64,000 nucleotides of DNA from Arcobacteraceae bacterium (GTDB taxonomy: Bacteria > Campylobacterota > Campylobacteria > Campylobacterales > Arcobacteraceae), in assembly GCA_965224485.1 (NCBI GenBank), contig CBDCZH010000015.1:256001-320000 (forward strand), given 5' to 3'. Each line of letters starts with the position of its first letter. Within the stretch, counting starts at the first letter, position 1. The position numbers were made by a program, and so were the translations under genes. The notes beneath the pieces were generated by a model, which ran no database searches, was not told the origin of the DNA, and saw nothing but the letters and a program-made list of their open reading frames with translations. Below are positions 18,012 through 28,505 of the stretch, in pieces.

Positions 18012-18487
18012 TGAATACATTTACATATACAAAAGAAAATGAACAGAGCTTTCAAGAACAGGTAAAAAAATATCCTAACTCTGATTCTATGATGCTACCT
18101 GCCTTATGGTTAGTTCAAGAACAAATAGGTTGGGTTAGTCCAGAAGCTATGATTTTTGTGGCTAATAAATTAAAAAAGTCTCCAATTGAAGTACATAGTT
18201 TTGCTTCTTTTTATACTATGTTTAATTTAAAACCAATAGGAACATATCATATTGAGTTATGTAAAACTTTATCATGTATGTTAATGGGCTCACGTGAGCT
18301 TAAAAAATTCATAAAAGATAGTATTGGAATTGAACCAGGGCAAACAAGTGAAGATGGAAGATTTCACTTAAGTGAAGTTGAATGTATGGGTGCTTGTGGT
18401 GGTGCTCCAATGTTTGCTTTAAATGGTGCTTATCATGAAAATCAAAGCATTCAAAGCTTAGAGAAACTAATTAAGGAGTGCAAATAA
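18011..18487 (+). CDS. nuoE: NADH-quinone oxidoreductase subunit E
   Basis: SFYTMF, CKTLSC...ECMGAC [2Fe-2S] ligands. Confidence 0.95.
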   Translation: MNTFTYTKENEQSFQEQVKKYPNSDSMMLPALWLVQEQIGWVSPEAMIFVANKLKKSPIEVHSFASFYTMFNLKPIGTYHIELCKTLSCMLMGSRELKKFIKDSIGIEPGQTSEDGRFHLSEVECMGACGGAPMFALNGAYHENQSIQSLEKLIKECK

Positions 18488-19731
18488 TGAGAGTAAAAGT
18501 TGTAAGTAAAAACTTCGATATTCCAGATTCGCACACTTTAGAAGTTGCAAGAAAAAATGGTGCTTATCAAACCTTAGACAAACTTTTTTCTATGAAACCA
18601 GATGATGTAACACAAGAAGTTATAAAATCAGGTCTTAGAGGAAAAGGTGGAGGTGGAGCACCTTGTGGACCTAAGTGGCAACTTATGCCAAAAGATGATC
18701 CAAGACCTTCTTATTTGATTGTTAATGGAGATGAGAGTGAACCTGGGACATTTAAAGATAGACAAATTTTTCAATATGATCCTCATTTATTAATAGAAGG
18801 AATAATTTGTTCTTGTTATGCAATTAATTCCCATGATGCTTATATTTATATAAGAGGTGAGTATAAATGGTTTATAGATAGACTTAATACTGCTATTACT
18901 GAAGCTTATGAAGCTGGACTTATTGGTGAGAAAGTACTAAATCATGACTATAGAATTGATATTACAGTTCATAGAGGTGGTGGGGCTTATATTTGTGGTG
19001 AAAAATCAGCACTTATTGAATCACTTGAGGGAAAACGTGGGCATCCTAGATTAAAACCACATCAAAAAGAGTGTGAGTGGTTTTTTGATAATCCTGCAAC
19101 AGTAAATAATGTTGAAACAATAGCAACTGTTCCTTTTATTATCCAAAATGGATATGAAGCTTATACAGCTTACGGAACACAAAAATCGCCAGGAACTATG
19201 CTTTTTGCAATGAGTGGACCTGTTAAAAATCCTGGAGTTTATGAACTAGCTTTTGGTAATAAAATGATTGATGTTATAAATGAACTAGGTGGAGGGCTTA
19301 AAGATGGTAAAAAACTTAAAGCTGTAATACCAGGTGGTTCATCTTGTCCTATTTTAACAAAAGATGAAGTTTATAAAGCAGTATTAGATTATGAATCAAT
19401 GTGGGACATAGGTTCAACATTAGGTACGGGTGGAATGATGATTATTGATGAAGATACATCAATGGTTGAAGTTGCTAAAAACTTAATTGAATTTTATCAT
19501 CATGAATCATGTGGACAATGTACACCTTGTAGAGAAGGTACGTCTTGGATTGATAAAATTTTAAAAGATATTATTGATGGAAATGGAAGTCAAGAATCAT
19601 TAGATACTATATTAGATGTTTGTGAAACTATGAATGGTAAAACTATTTGTGTATTTGCACCAGCTGTAAAAGATATTATTAAAAGTATAGTTTTAAAATT
19701 CAAAGATGAATTTGTTAGAGAATTCAAATAA
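18487..19731 (+). CDS. nuoF: NADH-quinone oxidoreductase subunit F
   Basis: SGLRGKGGGG, NGDESEPGTFKDR, GAYICGE, ESCGQCTPCREG. Confidence 0.96.
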   Translation: MRVKVVSKNFDIPDSHTLEVARKNGAYQTLDKLFSMKPDDVTQEVIKSGLRGKGGGGAPCGPKWQLMPKDDPRPSYLIVNGDESEPGTFKDRQIFQYDPHLLIEGIICSCYAINSHDAYIYIRGEYKWFIDRLNTAITEAYEAGLIGEKVLNHDYRIDITVHRGGGAYICGEKSALIESLEGKRGHPRLKPHQKECEWFFDNPATVNNVETIATVPFIIQNGYEAYTAYGTQKSPGTMLFAMSGPVKNPGVYELAFGNKMIDVINELGGGLKDGKKLKAVIPGGSSCPILTKDEVYKAVLDYESMWDIGSTLGTGGMMIIDEDTSMVEVAKNLIEFYHHESCGQCTPCREGTSWIDKILKDIIDGNGSQESLDTILDVCETMNGKTICVFAPAVKDIIKSIVLKFKDEFVREFK

Positions 19732-19762
19732 TATATTTAACTTAACCCAAAGGAGAAAGAAC

Positions 19763-21049
19763 ATGGCGAAGAATACGTTTACATTAACAGATAATAGAGA
19801 TGGAAAATCATATGAATATGATATTTTAAATGGTACGAGAGGCCCAGATGTAGTTGATATTAGATCATTTTACAAAGACTCAGGTATGTTTACATACGAT
19901 CCTGGTTATACTTCAACTGCTTCTTGTGAATCAAAAATCACATTTATTGATGGGGAAAATTCTGAACTTAGATATAGAGGTATTGACATAGCAGATTTAG
20001 CTGGTAAACACTCTTATTTAGATGTTTGTTATTTATTAATGATAGGTAAATTACCAACGCCTGAAGCTTCAAAAAACTTTGATTTAGAAATCAGACATAG
20101 ATCATTTTTAAATGAAGGTATTATTAGAATTTTTGATGCTTTTCCAGACCATGCCCATCCAATGGCTACATTAGGAGCTGCAACAATGGCACTTGCTACT
20201 TTTTACAAAGAGCATTTAAACCTAGAAGATGAAGAACAATTTAGAGAAATGAGAAGAAGAATTATAGCAAAAATGCCAACAATTGCTGCTATGGCTTATA
20301 GAAACTCAATTGGTGTTCCATTAATTTATCCAGATGTTGATAGATATTTTACAGAAAACTTCTTATATATGTTAAGAGCTTATCCAGGTGGTAAGATGAA
20401 AAATCTTGGAAATGGATTAAATGAAGAGATTAAACAAGTTGAAGTTGATGCTTTAGATGCAATTTTTACACTTCATGCTGATCATGAACAAAATGCATCT
20501 ACAACAACTGTAAGAGCTGTAGGTTCAACAGAAGCTCATCCTTATGTATCAATAGCTTCAGGAATTGCTGCTTTATGGGGATCTGCTCATGGTGGTGCTA
20601 ATGAGAAAGTAATGGATCAATTAAAATTAATTGGTGATGTTAAAAATGTACCTACTTATATAGCAAAAGCAAAAGATAGAAATGATCCATTTAGACTTAT
20701 GGGATTTGGACATAGAGTTTATAAAAATAGAGATCCTAGAGCTGAGAGTTTAAAAGGCTTACAAGATAAACTTAGAGTTGAGTTAAATCTTGATTCAAAA
20801 TTATTAGATATTGCTGCTGCTGTTGAAAACGCTGCTTTAGCTGATGAGTATTTTATTTCAAGAGGTTTATATCCTAATATTGACTTTTATTCTGGTGTTA
20901 TTTTAACAGCACTTAGAATTCCAGTTGAAATGTTTACTCCTGTATTTGTTATTGGAAGAACAGTAGGATGGATTACTCAATGGTCTGAATTAAAACAAGA
21001 CCCAACTGCAAAAATTGCAAGACCTAGACAGTTATATACTGGTAAATAA
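19763..21049 (+). CDS. gltA: Citrate synthase (type II-like) inside the nuo operon
   Basis: TYDPGY, LHADHEQNAST, AHGGANE, LMGFGHRVYK, YPNIDFYSG; AGGAG RBS before ATG 19763. Confidence 0.96.
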   Translation: MAKNTFTLTDNRDGKSYEYDILNGTRGPDVVDIRSFYKDSGMFTYDPGYTSTASCESKITFIDGENSELRYRGIDIADLAGKHSYLDVCYLLMIGKLPTPEASKNFDLEIRHRSFLNEGIIRIFDAFPDHAHPMATLGAATMALATFYKEHLNLEDEEQFREMRRRIIAKMPTIAAMAYRNSIGVPLIYPDVDRYFTENFLYMLRAYPGGKMKNLGNGLNEEIKQVEVDALDAIFTLHADHEQNASTTTVRAVGSTEAHPYVSIASGIAALWGSAHGGANEKVMDQLKLIGDVKNVPTYIAKAKDRNDPFRLMGFGHRVYKNRDPRAESLKGLQDKLRVELNLDSKLLDIAAAVENAALADEYFISRGLYPNIDFYSGVILTALRIPVEMFTPVFVIGRTVGWITQWSELKQDPTAKIARPRQLYTGK

Positions 21050-21083
21050 TAAAAAAAATAGATAAAAGCAAGGATAGACAAAA

Positions 21084-22520
21084 ATGAGTGAAATGGTTAA
21101 ACTGATAATAAATGACCAAGAAATGCAGGCAGAAAAAGGTAGCCTATTAATTGATAAGTTATTGGATGAAGAAATTCATATTCCTCATTTTTGCTATCAT
21201 AAAGCATTAGGTAAAGATGGAAACTGTAGAATGTGTATGGTGGAAATCGAAGGCCAAAAACGACCGCAAATTGCTTGTGATACTCTTATTAAAGAGGGTA
21301 TGAACATAAAAACACAAAGTGATAAGATAATGTCTGTTCGTAAAGACATCTTAGAACTTCAATTAATTAATCATCCAATTGACTGCCCTACTTGTGATCA
21401 AGCAGGTGAGTGTAAATTGCAAGATTATTATATGGAATCTGGTTTTTATAGTTCAAGAGTTAATGTAAATATTAAAAATAATGCTAAGAAAAAAACTGAC
21501 CTAGGTGCTAATGTAATGTTAGACCAAGAAAGATGTGTTTTATGTACACGTTGTGTTAGATTTTGCTCAGATATTACAAAAACAAATGAGTTAGGTGTAA
21601 TAAGTAGAGCAGATCATAGTGTTATTGGAACTTTTCCTGGTATTCCTTTATCAAATCCATATGCTATGAATGTTGTTGACTTATGTCCCGTTGGTGCATT
21701 AACATCTAAAGATTTTAGATTCAAACAAAGAGTTTGGTTTATGGAAACTTTTAATGCTATTTGTTCTGGTTGTTCAAAAGGCTGTAATATCTTTGTTGAT
21801 CATAGAAAAGAAAAATATGAAGATGATAAAATTTTCAGATTTAGACCAAGATTAAACAAAGAAGTTAATGGTTATTTTATGTGTGATGTAGGAAGACTAT
21901 CTTATAAAGATGAAGAAAACAACAGATTTGAAGCTTCTTTAGTAGAGTCTCAAAGTTCAAGCTTAGATAATGCAATAACACAAATGTATACAAGTATAAG
22001 TAAAAATAACAATACATTATTTTTAGTATCTCCTAATTTATGCCTAGAAGAGTTACAAAACTTAAAAGCTTTTGCAAATGCAACGGGTGCAAATGTATCT
22101 GGATATTCACCTCAGTATATTGATAAATCATTTGGTGATGATATGTTAAGAAGAGATGATAGAAGTGCAAATAGAGCAGCATTTAAAGAAGCTTTAATTT
22201 CACAAGAAGAAGAAGAGTTTAAAAAATACTTAGATGCTGCTTCTTTAGTAGTAGTTTTTGATAATAACTATTTTGATAAAAACTTAGACTTATTAGAAAA
22301 TAAAAAAGTAATATCTTGTTTTTCTAACAATTCACTTACTATTGGAAACTCAAGCATAGCTATTCCTCTTGCATCATTTTATGAGAAACATGGAACTTAT
22401 ATAAATGAAGATGGTGTTAAACAAAAAGTAATTTCGGCTATGAAAAGAGATAAACAAGCTTTAAATGTTAGTGCTTTATTACAAAGAATTCAAAGTATGT
22501 TAGAAAAAGGAAATATATGA
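21084..22520 (+). CDS. nuoG: NADH-quinone oxidoreductase subunit G (short form)
   Basis: IPHFCYH...CRMC, HPIDCPTCDQAGEC, RCVLCTRCVRFC, CSGCSKGC. Confidence 0.93.
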   Translation: MSEMVKLIINDQEMQAEKGSLLIDKLLDEEIHIPHFCYHKALGKDGNCRMCMVEIEGQKRPQIACDTLIKEGMNIKTQSDKIMSVRKDILELQLINHPIDCPTCDQAGECKLQDYYMESGFYSSRVNVNIKNNAKKKTDLGANVMLDQERCVLCTRCVRFCSDITKTNELGVISRADHSVIGTFPGIPLSNPYAMNVVDLCPVGALTSKDFRFKQRVWFMETFNAICSGCSKGCNIFVDHRKEKYEDDKIFRFRPRLNKEVNGYFMCDVGRLSYKDEENNRFEASLVESQSSSLDNAITQMYTSISKNNNTLFLVSPNLCLEELQNLKAFANATGANVSGYSPQYIDKSFGDDMLRRDDRSANRAAFKEALISQEEEEFKKYLDAASLVVVFDNNYFDKNLDLLENKKVISCFSNNSLTIGNSSIAIPLASFYEKHGTYINEDGVKQKVISAMKRDKQALNVSALLQRIQSMLEKGNI

Positions 22521-23800
22521 GTACCGCATCAATAATTATTATTATTGTAAATATTCTCTTAGCAGTAATACTTGCAGTTGGACTTACTCCTGTTTTTGTA
22601 TGGTGGGAGAGAAGAGTTGCAGGTTTTGTACAAGATAGAACTGGCCCAAATAGATGTCATATTGGTGGTTTTAGATTAGGTGGAGTAATTCAAAGTATAG
22701 CAGATATGTTAAAACTTGTTTTTAAAGAAGATTTTACACCTGATCATGTTAAATATAAATTCTTTTATACAATGGCTCCTGCTATTGTATTTATTGCATA
22801 TTTTTTAACTTTTGCTGTTATTCCTTTTGCTGATAACTTAGTATTAGACGGTGTTTCTCATGCTATGCAGGCAATTCCAGTAGCACTTGGAATCATGTGG
22901 TTTTTAGCTTATGCTGGTCTTTCTGTATATGGAATTATATTAGGTGGTTATGCTTCTTCTTCTAAATTTGGATTATTAGGAGCTATTAGAGCTTCTGCTC
23001 AAGTAATTTCATATGAAGCAGCTATGGCTTTATCACTAATTTCTATGCTTTTAACCTATGAATCAATTCATTTAAATGATATGGTTGTAGCACAAGCTGG
23101 TACTATATTTGGAATTGTTCCAGCTTGGGGTGTATTTATGCAACCACTTGCTGCTTTAATTTTTATTGTTTGTGCTTTTGCTGAAACAAATAGAACACCT
23201 TTTGATATAGCAGAGGGTGAGAGTGAAATTGTTGCTGGTTATCATACAGAGTATTCAGCTATGCGTTTTGGTCTTTTTCAAGTATCAGAATTTGCTGCAA
23301 TGGCAGGAGCATCTGCAATAATCGTTACAATCTTTTTTGGTGGTTATCAAGTTCCTTACTTAGATACAGCAGCACTAAAAGAGAATATAAACATAATTCT
23401 TATAGTTTTTATGATTATAATTCCTATTAAAGTATATTTCTTTAATGAGTGGATGAAGAAAAATAATACTTGGCCAGATGCAAGTGATCCAAGAGCCAAT
23501 GAAACTAAAAAATTAATTCCAATTTTTTGGACTATGGCTTTAGGTATTGTAGCTTTTTTAGGATTTTTATTATTTACTGGTCTTGGCGATAATGGTGCAA
23601 GTATAGCGGTTACTGTTATTCAAGTTATGACATTTTTGATTAAATTTTTTATGATGGTATTAGTTTTTATGTGGATTAGATGGACTCTTTTAAGATTCAG
23701 ATATGATCAACTTCAAATGCTAGGATGGAAAGTATTATTACCATTAGCATTGTTAAATATCGTTATTACTGCTTCAGTAATAGTATTTTTAGGATTATAA
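22517..23800 (+). CDS. nuoH: NADH-quinone oxidoreductase subunit H
   Basis: ERRVAGFVQDRTGPNR, AETNRTPFDIAEGESEIVAG, RFRYDQL. Confidence 0.96.
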   Translation: MSTASIIIIIVNILLAVILAVGLTPVFVWWERRVAGFVQDRTGPNRCHIGGFRLGGVIQSIADMLKLVFKEDFTPDHVKYKFFYTMAPAIVFIAYFLTFAVIPFADNLVLDGVSHAMQAIPVALGIMWFLAYAGLSVYGIILGGYASSSKFGLLGAIRASAQVISYEAAMALSLISMLLTYESIHLNDMVVAQAGTIFGIVPAWGVFMQPLAALIFIVCAFAETNRTPFDIAEGESEIVAGYHTEYSAMRFGLFQVSEFAAMAGASAIIVTIFFGGYQVPYLDTAALKENINIILIVFMIIIPIKVYFFNEWMKKNNTWPDASDPRANETKKLIPIFWTMALGIVAFLGFLLFTGLGDNGASIAVTVIQVMTFLIKFFMMVLVFMWIRWTLLRFRYDQLQMLGWKVLLPLALLNIVITASVIVFLGL

Positions 23801-23801
23801 A

Positions 23802-24314
23802 ATGGGAATTCAAGTAATTAAAAGACACGGACAAACGTTTAAAGATAAACTTTACATTCCAGCAATAATAGGTGGAATGAAAACAACAATTGGACATTTT
23901 ACAAAAAACTTAAAAGATACTACAAACTTAAGAACTATGCAGTATCCAGAAGTTCAACCAACAGATGTTGCAACAAATGAGAGATATAGAGGTGTTCACA
24001 GACTTACTAAATGGAGTGATGGAAGTGAAAAATGTGTAGCTTGTTATATGTGTGCAACAGCTTGTCCAGCTGATTGTATTTTCATTGAAGCAGAAGAAAG
24101 GTTTGATGAAAAAGCCGAAAAAAGACCAAAACAATTTAAAATTGATTTATTAGAGTGTGTTTATTGTGGCTATTGTGTTGAAGCATGTCCTTGTGATGCA
24201 ATTAGAATGGATACAGGTATTTTTTCATTTATTGGAAGTAAAAGAGAAGACTTTTTTGTAGACAAAGATTATTTAATGAACAACGATAGATCAAAGGAAT
24301 TACCAGATGGCTGA
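23802..24314 (+). CDS. nuoI: NADH-quinone oxidoreductase subunit I
   Basis: Two CxxCxxCxxxCP motifs. Confidence 0.96.
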   Translation: MGIQVIKRHGQTFKDKLYIPAIIGGMKTTIGHFTKNLKDTTNLRTMQYPEVQPTDVATNERYRGVHRLTKWSDGSEKCVACYMCATACPADCIFIEAEERFDEKAEKRPKQFKIDLLECVYCGYCVEACPCDAIRMDTGIFSFIGSKREDFFVDKDYLMNNDRSKELPDG

Positions 24315-24822
24315 TATTTTATTTTTAGCTCTAAGCTTTTTTGCAATAAGTGGTGCTATTGCAATGTTAACGTATAAAGACCCAATACATTCAGCCCTAG
24401 GATTATTAATTTCAATCTTATCAGTTGCTGGATTATTTGCACTATTAAGCGCAACATTTTTATTTGTAGTTCAAATTATTGTTTACGCAGGTGCAATAAT
24501 GACATTATTACTTTTTTTACTTATGTTTTTAAACGTAAGCGAAGAAGATATGCCACATGAACCAAATAAGAATAAGTATTTAATTTTAGGAGCAATTGTA
24601 ATGATTCCTCTTAATGTACTTATTTTAAAAGCAGTTTCAAACCTACCTTCAAAAGATATGAGTGTAGTTGATTCTGAATTTGGTGGAATAAAAGCAATTG
24701 GTATGCTTTTATACCAAAATTGGCTTTTAGCTTTTGAGTTAATATCAATTTTATTATTAGTTGCCTTAATAGGTGCCGTTGTACTTGCAAAAAGAAAAAA
24801 AACTAGAGGAGCTAAAGTATGA
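24307..24822 (+). CDS. nuoJ: NADH-quinone oxidoreductase subunit J
   Basis: QIIVYAGAI, FELISILLLVALIGAVVLA. Confidence 0.95.
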   Translation: MADILFLALSFFAISGAIAMLTYKDPIHSALGLLISILSVAGLFALLSATFLFVVQIIVYAGAIMTLLLFLLMFLNVSEEDMPHEPNKNKYLILGAIVMIPLNVLILKAVSNLPSKDMSVVDSEFGGIKAIGMLLYQNWLLAFELISILLLVALIGAVVLAKRKKTRGAKV

Positions 24823-25130
24823 TTTCATTAACAGCATATGCTTTTGTTTCAATGATGCTATTCTCACTAGGAGCAATAGGTGTTGTAGCAAGAAGAAATA
24901 TCTTTGTAATTTATATGTCAATTGAGTTAATGTTAAACGGAATTAACTTATTTTTAGTAACATTTGCAAGATACCATTTTAGTATGGATCCACAAATTAT
25001 TACAATTATGGTAATTGCTATTGCTGCTGCTGAAGCTGCAATCTTTTTATCTGTTATCATTTTATTATTCAGATCAAAAAAATCTTTAGATACAAATATC
25101 TTTACTGCACTTAAACAAGGGGGTGAATAA
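24819..25130 (+). CDS. nuoK: NADH-quinone oxidoreductase subunit K
   Basis: RRN...MSIELMLN...AAAEAA. Confidence 0.95.
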   Translation: MISLTAYAFVSMMLFSLGAIGVVARRNIFVIYMSIELMLNGINLFLVTFARYHFSMDPQIITIMVIAIAAAEAAIFLSVIILLFRSKKSLDTNIFTALKQGGE

Positions 25131-27019
25131 TGCATACTAATTTACTAGTTTGGATTATTTTAGCTCCACTTTTTGGTGCTATTTTAAATGCAGGTTTCTA
25201 TTTTTACCATATTAAAGTAAAAAAAGTACCTCAAAAATTATTTTCACTAATTGGAACACTAACACCAATTATTGCTTTTATTTTTACTCTTCTTGTCTTT
25301 TTAAATATATTAGATAATAATATAGTTTATCATCAAGAACTATTTACTTGGTTAAGAGTTGATGATTTATTAGTAAAAATGAGACTATTAGGTGATAATT
25401 TATCAATTTTCATGGCTATGTTTGTAACTTTTGTAGGTTCATTAATTCATATTTATGCTATTGGTTATATGGATAAAGATGAAGGTTTTGGTAAGTTTTT
25501 TGCTTACTTTAACTTATTCTTAGCATCTATGCTTATTTTAGTACTTGCTGATAATCCAATTATACTATTTATTGGTTGGGAAGGCGTTGGTGTTTGTTCT
25601 TATTTACTAATTAAGTTTTATTATAATGATGAGCAAAATGTATTAGCTGGAAATAAAGCTTTTATTGTAAATAGAGTTGGTGATTTTGGTTTTATTTTAG
25701 GAGTAATCACACTATTCTTTGCTATTGGTCAAGGAGATTTATCTTTTTCTGCTCTTGAATCAAATATAGGAAATGTTTCAAATGATTTATTGATTTTATC
25801 AGGTGTTCTTCTTTTTGTAGGAGCAATGGGGAAATCAGCTCAAATTCCTTTATTTACTTGGCTTCCAGATGCAATGGCAGGACCTACTCCAATTTCAGCT
25901 CTAATTCACGCAGCTACAATGGTAACTGCTGGTATTTATATGGTTGCAAGATTTCACTTTTTATATGAAGGTATTGAGGGTGTTGGTTTATATATTGCTT
26001 ATGTTGGTGCTTTTTCTGCTTTATTTGCAGCAATAATTGCAACCAAACAACAAGATATTAAAAAAATTCTTGCTTATTCAACTATGAGTCAATTAGGTTA
26101 TATGTTCATAGCCGTTGGTCTTGGTTTTTATTCATCTGGTCTTTTTCATGTTTTTACTCATGCTTTCTTTAAAGCTATGTTATTTATGGGTGCAGGGGGA
26201 ATGATTCTTTCTTTACATCATGAACAAAATATTTTTAAAATGGCTCAAAACAGAGTGCAAACACCAATTATTGGTTTTTGTATGTTAGTTGGAGTTATTG
26301 CGATTTCAGGAATTCCTCCTTTTTCAGGATTCTTTTCAAAAGATGCTATTTTAGCAGCAGCATTTCAAGAAGGTGAGTATTTACTTTGGGCTATTGGAAT
26401 GTTTACAGCATTTTTAACTGCTTTTTATATGTTTAGAATGTATTTTATTTTATTCATATCGCCTAATAAAAAAATTGGTAAAGAGTATGTTTATACAAGT
26501 AAAACAATAACTCTTCCTTTACTAATTCTAAGTATTGGAGCAATTGGGGCAGGATTTTTAAATTTACCAGCTATTTTAGGTGGTGAGCATTTTATTGATT
26601 CTTGGTTAACTCAGTTAAATTCAAAAGTATTACATATGTCTCACTCAACTGAGTGGATATTAATGGTTCTATCAGTTGGGGTTGCTGCTGCTGGAATTTA
26701 TGTTGCATATAAAAAGTATGCAAGATATGATGTATTTAATCCTGAAAGTGAAGATGGTTTAATTGGAAATAAATTTTATGTTGATGAGTTTTATGACAAA
26801 TTATTTATTCAAAGTTCAAAAAGATTATCAGTTTTTATTGATAAAGTGATAGATGAAAAAATTATTGATGGAACAATTATGAATACGTGCGCAGGATTTA
26901 TTAATGTTGGTAAAAAAATTGCCACATTGCAAAATGCAAATGTAAGATTTTATGCAAGTTTCATGCTAGTAGGTATGACTTGTATCTTTATATATTTATT
27001 TTTTAAGTTAGGATTATAA
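25130..27019 (+). CDS. nuoL: NADH-quinone oxidoreductase subunit L
   Basis: GWEGVG, GKSAQIPLFTWLPDAMAGPTPISALIHAATMV, HAFFKA. Confidence 0.96.
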   Translation: MHTNLLVWIILAPLFGAILNAGFYFYHIKVKKVPQKLFSLIGTLTPIIAFIFTLLVFLNILDNNIVYHQELFTWLRVDDLLVKMRLLGDNLSIFMAMFVTFVGSLIHIYAIGYMDKDEGFGKFFAYFNLFLASMLILVLADNPIILFIGWEGVGVCSYLLIKFYYNDEQNVLAGNKAFIVNRVGDFGFILGVITLFFAIGQGDLSFSALESNIGNVSNDLLILSGVLLFVGAMGKSAQIPLFTWLPDAMAGPTPISALIHAATMVTAGIYMVARFHFLYEGIEGVGLYIAYVGAFSALFAAIIATKQQDIKKILAYSTMSQLGYMFIAVGLGFYSSGLFHVFTHAFFKAMLFMGAGGMILSLHHEQNIFKMAQNRVQTPIIGFCMLVGVIAISGIPPFSGFFSKDAILAAAFQEGEYLLWAIGMFTAFLTAFYMFRMYFILFISPNKKIGKEYVYTSKTITLPLLILSIGAIGAGFLNLPAILGGEHFIDSWLTQLNSKVLHMSHSTEWILMVLSVGVAAAGIYVAYKKYARYDVFNPESEDGLIGNKFYVDEFYDKLFIQSSKRLSVFIDKVIDEKIIDGTIMNTCAGFINVGKKIATLQNANVRFYASFMLVGMTCIFIYLFFKLGL

Positions 27020-27020
27020 G

Positions 27021-28505
27021 ATGAGTGCAGATTTACTAACGTTTATAATATTTTTACCTGCTCTTGCAGCATTTGGACTAATGATTACAACAAAAAATGT
27101 TGAGGCTGTTAGAAATATAGCTTTTTTAACAACAGTAATTACTTTAGTTCTTGTATTAAAAATTTATTTAGACTTCGAACCAGAAGCAAGAATGCAATTT
27201 GTTACAAATACACCTTGGATTACTCAATATGGTATAAATTATTATATTGGTGTTGATGGTTTTTCATTAACTATTTTAATGATGATTGCTATTTTAATTC
27301 CTACAGCATATTTAATGTTATGGGAAGGTAGAACAAAAGGTTATTGGATTAATATGTTATTAGTTCAAACAGGAGTAACTGGTGCCTTATTATCTTTGGA
27401 TATTATACTGTTTTACTTCTTCTGGGAAATGATGCTATTACCTGTATTTTTAATGATTGGTATTAATGGTTTTGGAAACAAAGTATTTACAACTTTAAAA
27501 GTTACCTTTTACACTATGGGTGGTTCTTTATTAATGTTTGTAGCTATTATGTATTTAGGAGTATCTTTCTTTAATGAATTTGGGTACTGGTCATTTCAAT
27601 ATAATGATTTTACTAAATTAACAACACTAAGCTCAAAAGAAGAAATTTGGTTATTTTTTGCTTTTGTAATTGCTTTTGGTATCAAAATTCCACTTTTCCC
27701 TTTACATACTTGGATCATGGATACATACAAAAATGCACCTACTGGGGCTGTGTTTTTACTATCTTCTATTATGGCAAAATTAGGAATTTATGCAATTGTT
27801 AGATTTATGATTCCAATTTTTCCAGATGTTTATGTTGAGTTCTCAATGTATTTTGTAGGAATTGGTTTATTTGGTTTAGTTTATTTTGGAATTGCAGCTT
27901 TAATGCAAGATGATATAAAAAGAATGTTTGCTTACTCTTCAGCTTCTCATTTATCTTTTATATCAGCTGGAATATTTTCGTTAAATGAATATGGAATAAA
28001 TGGTGCAATGTTTTTAATAATTGCTCATGCGATTGCAACAGGTGGACTGTTTTTACTTGTAGGATTAATTCATGATGAAACTGGTTTTAAAACTATTAAA
28101 GACTTAGGTGGACTTGCTAAAAGTGCTCCTATTTTAACTTTTATGTTTGCCATAATGTTATTTGCAAATATAGGACTTCCAGGAACTAATGGATTTGTAT
28201 CTGAGTTATTAGTAATTTTTGGTATTTATGAGTTTAATCATACCTTAGGTTATATTTCTGCTTTTACAGTAATAATCGGAGCTTCATATATGTTATGGAT
28301 GTTCCAGAGAGCTTTATTACAAGATAGAGCAGATGGTATTGTAATTAAAATGAGAGATTTAAAAGTAAAAGAGATTATTGGACTTACTCCATGGGTTATT
28401 TTAATCTTTTTAATGGGAATAGCTCCTGATATTTTTATTGACAAATTTGAACCAACAGTAACATATTATTTACATGACATATTAAAAATTGGAGCGATGA
28501 AATAA
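27021..28505 (+). CDS. nuoM: NADH-quinone oxidoreductase subunit M
   Basis: [28 protein letters not shown]. Confidence 0.95.
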   Translation: MSADLLTFIIFLPALAAFGLMITTKNVEAVRNIAFLTTVITLVLVLKIYLDFEPEARMQFVTNTPWITQYGINYYIGVDGFSLTILMMIAILIPTAYLMLWEGRTKGYWINMLLVQTGVTGALLSLDIILFYFFWEMMLLPVFLMIGINGFGNKVFTTLKVTFYTMGGSLLMFVAIMYLGVSFFNEFGYWSFQYNDFTKLTTLSSKEEIWLFFAFVIAFGIKIPLFPLHTWIMDTYKNAPTGAVFLLSSIMAKLGIYAIVRFMIPIFPDVYVEFSMYFVGIGLFGLVYFGIAALMQDDIKRMFAYSSASHLSFISAGIFSLNEYGINGAMFLIIAHAIATGGLFLLVGLIHDETGFKTIKDLGGLAKSAPILTFMFAIMLFANIGLPGTNGFVSELLVIFGIYEFNHTLGYISAFTVIIGASYMLWMFQRALLQDRADGIVIKMRDLKVKEIIGLTPWVILIFLMGIAPDIFIDKFEPTVTYYLHDILKIGAMK

